From: Catajapyx aquilonaris
Taxonomy: Eukaryota
Direction: 5' to 3'
DNA: 40,169 bases
Assembly: GCA_000934665.2 (NCBI GenBank)
Contig: JYFJ02003562.1
Coordinates: 1-40,169 of the forward strand
A program made the translations under genes and the position numbers. Positions 23,218 through 32,684 of the stretch are shown here, piece by piece (positions within the stretch are counted from its first letter, which is position 1; every line of letters starts with the position of its first letter). Below the pieces are notes generated by a model, which saw only the letters and a program-made list of their open reading frames with translations, was not told the DNA's origin and made no database searches.

Positions 23218-23522
23218 TCTATATAAATAAAGCAGTTTGTGAGTCTGTCTGTCTGTCCGCCTGCCAACGGTCATTTACCTGCCATCTGTGCTCCACCCCC
23301 TGGCCGGGAGAGGATGGAGGTGTTGGGGGTTGACTACAGATGGCAGGCCAATGATGGTTGCCGTTAATATACAGGCGGGAGAGGTTGAAGGTTTTGGAGT
23401 AGGAAGACCACAGATGGCATTGGTGGCCGGACACACAGAACGACAGACATGTTCACGGGGCTACTGGCAGGTGTTTTCCCTTCATTCATTTCTTCCCGGG
23501 CAACGCCGGGTGCCGCAGCTAG
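23218..23522 (+). mobile_element. Non-autonomous Helitron, 305 bp
   Basis: Inserted between A (23217) and T (23523). The 5' end is TCTATATAAATAAA followed by (GTCT)n. The 3' end has a GC hairpin CCCGG-GCAACG-CCGGG (23495-23510) 8 nt before the terminal CTAG. No TSD. Confidence 0.88.
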
Positions 23523-26500
23523 TATAATATATGAAATAAATTCATTTATAGCCATTATAGCATATTATGACGTATTGTTCGTAACAATATTTGCATTATG
23601 ACGAATTGATGTACAAGACATAATCACATTGTGTACGTGGTCCATAAGGAACCCAGCCAGCCTTATGTATCGTGGTACCTCACAAGGAGCATATTGTACA
23701 GGGTGCAGCTGAACGTGTGAAGGTCTTTTCGGTATAAGAATGGGAGCAGACAAGAATTGATTCGCACCCTCGGGCATGACAGCTTGCTCCCTGAACTTTT
23801 GAAAAAATGTACCGGGCCGAAGTGCACAAGTGGTGTTTCTTTAGAGATGACAAGGCAGAAAAAGAGTGTTGGCCCCTACAGCCGCTCATCTATTATAAAT
23901 GCGAGGCATACCTGAGACGGTCACCTGGCGCCTCAGACGCGCAAAAAAATGAAAGCCGTACGGTACGTCACTTCTTGTGACGCATATCTTTTGTTCCGCT
24001 ACAATTATTGATGTAAGGCTTTTTTTCACTTTTGACGGCGATTATGTTTTTTTGGTCTTTTTTATGTATGGGGGCCATATAGGCCGCTTAATTATCTAGA
24101 GCGACCCCTAGGGATAATAATTATGGGCCGTACCATCCAGGTCTGGATTGGAATGTTTCCTTTTGCTTCTAGGCAAAATTAGAACCACCTAATTAGCACT
24201 ATAGGTCCTAGACAAACTTAAGTGTGTAGTTGGTCTGGAAGCAAAATTGGTAGTAAATGTTAGGAGGGTACGTTTACGACTGAGTGATACGGATTGCCTA
24301 GGGGCTGATGGCATCGGCAGCTGCAAGAGATGAGGAGGCAGGGGGTGTACGGTACAGATTTTTACTGCACATTGCTACCCTGGAGCCATTGGAGTCAAGG
24401 GAGAACCATGGCTGCAGGAGGAAGAAGCATTATTTGTTCCAGTCAGAATTGAAAATAAATGTCCTTATGAATAAATGCATTGCAGCTTTGATTTGTGCTG
24501 TACTGATGATAATTTGCATTCATAATTCTGGGGATGATTACAGGCATAACAGTTTTGAGGATGGGAAAAACTATCAAAACAAATGACGAGGAAGTGAGGT
24601 AGAATAATAGAGTTTCTCGGATTCTACGAAGAGGAAATCCATGTAATGTTGATGAATAAAGTAACCGCGCATACTGTATTTAGTTGTCAGATTAACATTC
24701 GTTGGATTTCGTGTCGAACGATAATTTTATCCGCCCTTTGTCGGGTCAAGGCATTTTGCAAAGACAAAAAAAAGCTGCCTATATGTAACGAGACAGCAGA
24801 ACAGCACTCTGTATATAGGTGGTACCTTTTTTTACTAGGCTCCATATACTTTCTGTAAACAATTGCATAGCACATACGTCCTACGCAGCACCTACCCGAA
24901 AAGTCAATGTTATTACAAGACGTGCACAATAATATTGACAAGTCGATATATTCTGATACCCAAAAGCTGTTATAATCTGTCACAGCCTATTTTTTGGTTT
25001 CTTGCCATCCTCTTTTAAATCGGATTAGAAGCAGAGACCTATACTTAACAGGCAATAAGAAAATACAGCACCATATTATTGCAGACTTCTGTAGGCACAG
25101 GGCTCAAAGACTTGTTTAATTTTATTGCAAACATTTTTCTAGAAACGGGAGCCAAAATATATGTGCAACTTTTTAATATGGAAGGTCAATATTCGCTTCT
25201 TACTCATACTTGAGCTTTCACCTTATCTCAGATGTTTGAACGAGCCTTTCTGCGATATAGTGATGTTTGAACTGTGATCCTGCCAAACTAAAAAAAATAT
25301 GGTACACTAATGACGAATTAATTTTGCACTTTAATCAAAGGGAACATATTTATGGAGTGCCAAATGTCTGCGACCTTCCTCTCCAACTGTATTCGGCCAA
25401 ATCACTTCAGATGCGGTTGTCACACTTGAAGAGGACCACCCTGCCATCCCTGGGTTTTCCAATGCCCAGGTATTTTTGAAGTACATCATAACTTTGACAC
25501 ACCCATCCTACAAGTTGAACTCTTCTGACACTCCATTATCAATCACATGCCCTGTGCCCCTACCCTTGCCGCATGTTGTAATATGGAATCATTACCACAC
25601 GTACTCAAGTTCGTGTCATAACATTGCCGACACGGATGTGACTAGTGAAATCTCTCGCCTCCATGGACCAGTCTCGTCCAGTCTATCATCTTAATATCGT
25701 TATTAGTATGCCAATGGAGGACTTGCCTTTTTTTCTCTCTCATATTCTCCTTGAATGTGGCAGCCGTCAAACCTGCGCAACGGTCCTTATCATGGGAAAG
25801 GTCCAATGCTGCACGGTCATGGCGGCGAGCCAGGATCCAAAATCCGCAATATGTGTAAGGTGGACATATTTATTTACACCCAAGTGCACCGGGATCGTAT
25901 TTTGAGATGGGGGATGCTCTTGTGTGAGCGGGCAAGGAACATTCACGCACGACTGGAAGAAATATCAGCCGGGTATCACTTTCTCCTCTTTATCGCATTT
26001 TCTCGGATGACTGACATCACTTTGAATGGACGCCTCTGACGGAGAGACCTCTTCGTGCCACTTAATGCCAGCTCTCGCCCATTAAAGAGTTAGGAACGTT
26101 CCTTTGTGATGGTCAGTTGCGTAAATGGGGCTGCTGGCACATGGTCAAGAGATGAATTGCCAAATTCTTTTTTTGTTGCTCTTTTGAAGAACACAGTTTC
26201 TTGCACCGATTTTGCCAAATATGGGTTTGCTTATGTGGTGCCGAAGGACAACTCTGTGTAGCATATGCCGCTTCAGGGATTTTTTTTTGCGGATTGATCT
26301 AAATAAAATTCAAACTGTAGCAAAATTATTTGAAAATTTCAGATTTAATTTAGGGTAGATTATCATCACAACACATACGGATAGTTTAGGTAGAACCTCG
26401 TGACATTCTATAGAAATTCCTCTATTTGACGCTCGTTTGAAGGAATTTGCTGTAAAGAAAAAATAGGAGTGTCTCGCCCTGGAGCTTTGTCTGTTGCCTT

Positions 26501-28404
26501 TTTGTCTCACTGTTGCTTTTGTTCCCTTAGACTCTGCTGCGATCTCGACCACGCCTATTCGAAAGTGATGATTCTAGCCCAGTTGTGCCTGCGGTACAAA
26601 GCATAGGATTAGGATTTCACACCTTGACTGGCCGTACAACAGTGGCTGGCCTTCCGTGCGCAGGATTTTTTTTTTTTTTTTTGGCAGAAGCCAAGTAAAT
26701 TATTTGCCTCTTGCTCTATTCCAGTACAAAGCTGGTTGTAGTTTATTGTCTTATAGTGGTATAATCCGTGAATGTGTGACATCCCAAGGATCTGTTTATA
26801 CCGCAATTAATTTGCACTTATTTAGCTGTTGAAATGGCAAACTGGCAGCGAAAACAACTGCTTCGTGACATTTAGCTAAAAGAGGAGTAGGCCATGTGAC
26901 AATATGTGGGAGGAACGTAACTGGAACTGTAAACGGAAAAATAGCTCAATCATTTAGTGGACATTTACAACTTAATGTAATATTCAGTTATATACAGTAT
27001 ATTCAGTCTAATTTAAACTTATACGGCTATAGCTGTAAGTTGGCCAATTGCTATTTAGTGATAAATTAATAGTTTTATGTAAATATATGATTGCGTTTTG
27101 TAGCTCATTCATGGAATCGTGTTTCCTTTTCCATCCCTGCATTAAAATCACGTGTGTATTATAGTGTATTATAGTCAAATGACTCAAATCTTCATGCTAA
27201 ACTTGCATCACTATTCAGTCGAATCAAGGTGCACTTTGAGTAAAATATCACACTTTTTCTCCCACACCAAAGTCATCCACACCGCTTTTTATCATAACCA
27301 TTTCTGCTTTATAACTGTCTTCAAATAAGTAATGGGAAGTTTACATCATACCGATTTCGCCATCTCAGGCATCCCCCCTTTAAAAAATAATGACTTGACC
27401 TGGTTGTGTGCATACTGTCATTTCAGCTTGCCAATCATGAGTGGGAATATTGTAACTGACATAAACGAGACAGGCTGCATGGCTTTCGTCTTTGATGCCC
27501 ACACAAGACCACCCCCACTCCCTTGAAAAATAACTCTGACGTAGTGTGTTCTGCTGTGCAATGCTGTGTTGATGTTTCATTACTAGACTAAACGTGACTG
27601 TCACTCGTCAATTGTAACATGCAAGTGGTTATGGATCAGTGTGTAGAGGGAATACCGATGGGCACTTGAATGCACTGTTGAAGAGTAATGTCATGCACTG
27701 TTTCTATGTTAATAATTCAATCCCAGGCTCAAAAGGACTGCAATTTTTTATAAGCAAAATTTTAGAAACTCTGTAGAAATTTTAACTATACTTAATTTTC
27801 CAGAAAAAAGTAAATTGCCAATTTTTTAAGTACACACACCTGCAATGCCATAAGCCAGAGCTAGGACTAAAAACCAAAACTTTTGAAATAAGGTGGCTCT
27901 CACCACTCACTCCTTAGATTTTTTCCCCCCCATCTTGTCGTCGGAGTGGCATATCTCATCTTTTACTGAGAGAGGTTGCTGATGCCTCAGAAAGTCTCGT
28001 CTATTCATCTGGGAGAACGGTAGCGCACGCGGATGGCAGGTTCAGACGGGAAATTACAATGTTAGATCTGCGTTTCCGGCCGTTTTCCTGGGAAGGGAAT
28101 GATGGAGACATTTTCCGACGGCTGGAGCTTTCACCTGTTAAAAGAACGTGGACACATCTTTTTATTTGAACTCATCTTGTGATGGGGGGGGATAAAGGTC
28201 CGTGGTTCAAGTCAGCACACCGAGATGTCAACGCGTCTGTATATTCTAATATCAGTCACTTCTGTTAGGCCACAGTGAGTGTAAATGTTACAAATTAATT
28301 GTATTGTGCAAGTTATTCATGATTACGTAGCCTATTTTCTTTTCGAGCAGGCATAGTCGGAGTGAATAATTGTTTTATGCATTGGAATTGCCACAGACTA
28401 TCAG

Positions 28405-28804
28405 TACCTTCCCTCGGTACTAGTACCAGTGATAAACTCGTAATGTCATAATTAAACTGATAGGAGGTTGTATGAGGTCCCGGCTGGTTCGCCAGCGACG
28501 GTACCAAATATTTAATATTTGACTGTACTCTCTTCCTCGAGCAGTCCTCGGACCTGACTCGCATTTCTTGGTCGGACGGGGTGCTTGGGAGAATATCCCA
28601 CCCCCGTCCCTGGGTTGGACCCGGCATTGCAGTACAGCCGGGGCCAGCCCTCCTCTCCCCCACCCTTCTAACCCACCCTTCCTTGCAATCCCACACCTTC
28701 CTCTCCTACCCCCGGCTGCCAAGGCTCGACTCAGACAGAGCCATACAAGCTGGGTAACCCTTCCTACCAACCAACCAACCAACCAACCAACCAACCAACC
28801 AACC
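28405..28804 (+). mobile_element. Possible SINE or 3' end of a non-LTR retroelement with (ACCA)n tail
   Basis: GC-rich block ending abruptly in (ACCA)9, with weak A/B-box-like motifs (tagtaccagtgat; aggtcccggctggttcg) near its 5' end. Boundaries are uncertain and no TSD was seen. Confidence 0.35.
28766..28804. repeat. (ACCA)9 microsatellite
   Basis: Read directly. Confidence 0.95.
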
Positions 28805-29516
28805 GTAATGGCATTAAAAAGGTTACAGCATTTTTATAATCATCGAATTTTAATTAAACTGTTACAATTTTGAAGTTTAATTCAATAATTATTAAAAAAT
28901 TAATATAGATACCATTTTAAAATGCTATTTCAAGTGTGTCACCTGCAGTAGTAAAGAGTGAGGGGACTAGTCGTCTGTGGCAATAACGATTTCAGTTGAA
29001 CGTTATTCACAAATTGGCTGGTGTGAGAAAGAAATATTTCTGAGAGGCGTAAGCTAACACGATGAAACCCTCAGAACTGTAGCAAGGTTCATGTGGCCAT
29101 TTCTTTTATCTCGTTTCACCTTACAAGAGTATGAATGAATGTTGTATGGCTTTAGGATGTGTTTAATTATGACAGACCAGGAAGCTGTGTGCTCAGTTAC
29201 CTTGGTGCATACCACTCATCGTTTTAAAATTTAAATTTTAAAAATTGACATAATTGGCGGAATCTCTGAATGGGAAGAGTTGTAGCAGAAAGGCAATATA
29301 CAGGACAAATATAGGAAAAGGAAATAGATATTGTATTATTTTAGGCACAGATTCTGCTTATATTTCGTGGAACCTCTTTGGCGACTTCAGAGTGAATAAC
29401 AACGTTGTTGCTCTTATTTTTGTTTCTTATTGGTAAGACTGAATTTATCTTAAAGGTGGGATTGTATAAATTACATTCGACTGTTGTAACACTATGAGAA
29501 AGCTAAATCCGACTCA

Positions 29517-29684
29517 TTTTGTGAACTCCCCCGGGTGGTTAGTCTATCGGAATCCCACCCAAGACTAAGTCAGGGATGGCCCTAAACTCTGCACGAGATG
29601 AAGGGGGGAACCCCGGACTGGGATCGAACCCGGGACCTTAACATCCGTGGGCCCATACGTTACCGCAGCGCCATTCTGCCTCCC
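29517..29684 (-). mobile_element. tRNA(Arg-ACG)-derived SINE
   Basis: The minus strand reads TGGCGCTGCGGTAACGTATGGGCCCACGGATGTTAAGGTCCCGGGTTCGATCCC. It contains an A-box, a consensus B-box (29620-29630) and ACG at the anticodon position, but the stems do not pair as a tRNA. The body is shared with the copy at 3541-3697. Confidence 0.8.
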
Positions 29685-30445
29685 TTATGTTCTTATAATA
29701 ACCTCATCAGTTGACAATATTTTGTGCTATATACAATGACCTGTGTTGCCTTTCTCAAGAGACTCACCAGAATGTAAACAGTTCATTGCATTACAATGCA
29801 CAAACTAAGAAAACTTAAAACTGTGCAAAAATTGTTCATAACCAGTTGTGTCTCGAGAAAAATCCGGATCACGACCTCTATTAACACGTATTAACTCGAC
29901 CATTTGGCATACCCTTGGGATCACCTGGTTTGCATGCGACGCGTTCCCCGCCAGCACCAAACAAAAAAAAAAATAAAAATAAAAAGAGAACGAAATGCAA
30001 GTCATGCGCGGAAATCTTTGAAGAAGCAAACGTAACAGGCAAAGGGCCATTCTTTTGTCTTTGGTAATTTATTTACGAGGCGGCGCGAAGTGCGCGCAGG
30101 TCGTCTTCCTTGTTCAAAAGAAAAGTGGTGGGATATGAGGGCCTCCTAACCTAACAGATGGGTCTCGAAGACGGTAGTTTTCTCTCCACTACGAGAGAAG
30201 TGTTATGACTTTTATGGATACGTACTTCATGAGTTCCTAACCCTACTCACGTTTCTCCTTGGCTTGCTGCAACTCTTTACCAAAAACTTACTCCTTTTTC
30301 GCAAGTTACTAAAGGCTGCTAGTTTGATGGTGTTCCAGCCAACGAGATATGGTGTTTGAACTATTGGCCCTAGATCAGGAGAATACAAATTACTTGCGTG
30401 TTAAGGGCGGTTAAAGGGGGGGCATATAATGTGTTGGAGACTTCA

Positions 30446-30806
30446 ATGGGCGCATGAATGACGATCATGTTGAGTTTATCTCGGCGACTCCGCCACCCAG
30501 TCGGTGTTTTTGGGGGGGACTTGAGAAATGCAACAAGCGCTTGTTAGGGTGGAACTATTTGGTGCCTTACGGGAAAACTGGATGGGGCGATTGCAGATAA
30601 GTAGGTGTTGAATAATGTGGTTGTAGCCAGGGGATCGTAAACTTCGAGAAAGCTTGCAATATTTTTGTCGAATTTTGGTGGATTTCATGCTATAAATGTA
30701 AACTTAAAAACATTTGGTTTCAAAATGGTTGGTGTGTTAGGTAAATTCTTGGATGGGCGTGTGAATGACGGACGGTGTTTTTAAGTGTCGATGGCCACCC
30801 AGTCGG
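30446..30806. repeat. Diverged direct duplication (about 60-100 bp unit, about 305 bp apart)
   Basis: ATGGGCGnnTGAATGACG at 30446 and 30753; GCCACCCAGTCGG at 30492 and 30794. Confidence 0.7.
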
Positions 30807-30872
30807 GCGTTATGTTGGAACTCGCCAGGGTGCAATATTTTCTAATGTTATGTGACAACGTTCAAATAGTGA

Positions 30873-31280
30873 TATAAATCAAGGTCTCCGTATATTCTGA
30901 ATTTTATCCGGCCATTGACTGCAGCAGTGGCCGGAGCCAGTTTTTGACCCGTTGAAGGCGGGAGCGTGATATTTCCAAGCATGTCTTCGGGGGTCGTGTG
31001 GTATAGTGGTCATATAGCTGTTGAGGCGCAGATGGTCGAGGCTGCTGAGGGATGGAGGCGGCGGCCTGGCTGGGCAACCTCAGAGGTGGGGGCGTCGGAA
31101 GCGTCGGAGGTGGTGGTGGCGCCTCCAGCAAAGACGACCGGTGGCCTTCCTCGTCGGGGGCGTCTTCTGCCGGAAGTGACGAGGTGAGCCTTCCCCGACG
31201 TTGGGCGCCTCTTTAACGCCGGCGCTTGCTGAATGTTCCTTCCTCAGCAGCCATTGCCGAGCGCCGGCTTGTTCTTTCAG
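30873..31280 (+). other. Candidate upstream exon/promoter region of the knirps-family gene
   Basis: TATAAA at about 30873, then a GC/CpG-rich block ending in a strong donor CAG|GTAAGA at 31280/31281. The downstream ATG exon begins at an acceptor, so an upstream exon is expected. Confidence 0.45.
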
Positions 31281-32564
31281 GTAAGAAGATGGTGGTGGGT
31301 TGAGCGACCACTTGCGCGTAGGTCAGGTTAGGTCACAGTTCGGATTTCGGGGTCGGGTATTGCAATTTATTGCTGACTCGAGGAGAGTTGCATCAATTGA
31401 AAATTAATGTGATTTATCAGTAGCGTTTCAGTTCACCAGTTATTATCAGTGATGATTGAGCTTAAGTTAGTTTTAGCATAATTAAATGGCATAAATTTTG
31501 TCCAAGTAATTAAAATGGGATCTAGTGGTGTGAGTCCTCAGGTGGGTTCAGCATCAGGAGGGTAATGAGAAGCATTAAATGCACTTAAATGACTTACTAT
31601 TTTCAATGATAACAATCATTTAAAATTGCTTGGGTTCTTCTCTCTTGACTCTAAAGCTGGGCTTGTATTATTATCCAAAATTTAATATATTACTGGATAT
31701 ATATGCGGTGGTAATTTAACATAATCCCCATGCTTTGAAGTGAACCTGCAATAAATTATTTGATAACGTTCACAATATGCATCTGACTGGAAAAATTAAC
31801 TGTACCTTCACTGTGTGCAGATAATGGTATTATTTTAAAAGGTTTTTCAAACATTGTTGGCATGTAATACTATAGGCCTACCTTCTACTAGCAACGTGAC
31901 TCCATCAGCGACATGCAGTCGATACGATAGGCACATTAATTGAAATATTTAAAATTAAGTGCTCGATTAGTGGCCACTTCATCAAAGGCACGAAAAACTT
32001 AACACATAGCAATGATTAACACTGATAAAGGTACACTTATTCTTAGGTGAAATAATATACCCATCAGAGCGTTACAGCACATGAGAGATTAAAAATACTC
32101 GTGACATAGCACGGTAGGTAGTTAGATACTCATTTAATAAACTCAAATATTATTTGTTTTTGGATGATGGACTTCTCTGTTTCTATTTCTCTGTCATCCT
32201 ATCCGAATGAATCTCAGAAAAGCAATAACTGCGACCAAATATCGTATATATCATCAGCTGCATACCTAGTAGACACGAATTTGCAGCAGCGTCCTCAGAG
32301 TACCCCAATAAACAAGTACTATTCAAAAAAATTGCAGTTATCAATATTGCTATGCATATTGGTAGGGTATGTACGAAAAGTTGCATAGTAATAGGTTGTT
32401 TGACACTTGAATTATGTTTTGGGCAAGCCAGCCAGTAAAGTGCGGCAACCTCCGGTATAACTTTGAGATCAGAATGCGAGAGTTGCGTGTTATGACCCCC
32501 AGGCAGTTGTTTGAAAACCCTGCTCCACCGAAAATTGGCTCAATATTTTGCAGTTAATTACCGA

Positions 32565-32684
32565 GGGCCTGTTGTATGAAAAGAAATTTAGGAAAAAATC
32601 TCCGCTCATGCGCAGGTATGCACAATACATAATTCCACATAATCGGAGATTTCCTCCCTATATACTTGCTTTCACAACCGGTCC
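32565..32684. mobile_element. Degenerate 120-bp mini-MITE (Harbinger-like ends)
   Basis: Imperfect TIRs gggcctgttgt...tagg...aaatctccg and cggagattt...ccta...acaaccggtcc, with flanks cga/tga. Confidence 0.45.

Noticed and set aside
24308..24586. ORF with CAVLMIICIHNSGDD, faintly like the Harbinger transposase C-terminal motif (CxxLHNxC)
   Set aside because: The key HN residues are misplaced, no upstream DDE motifs were seen and there are no TIRs.
28271..28277. Other CACAGTG heptamers (also near 9777)
   Set aside because: No nonamer-like sequence at RSS spacing and no CGNCG flank; expected by chance.
29610..29684. Possible functional tRNA gene
   Set aside because: Acceptor and anticodon stems do not pair, and it continues into a body shared with another copy, so it was called a SINE.
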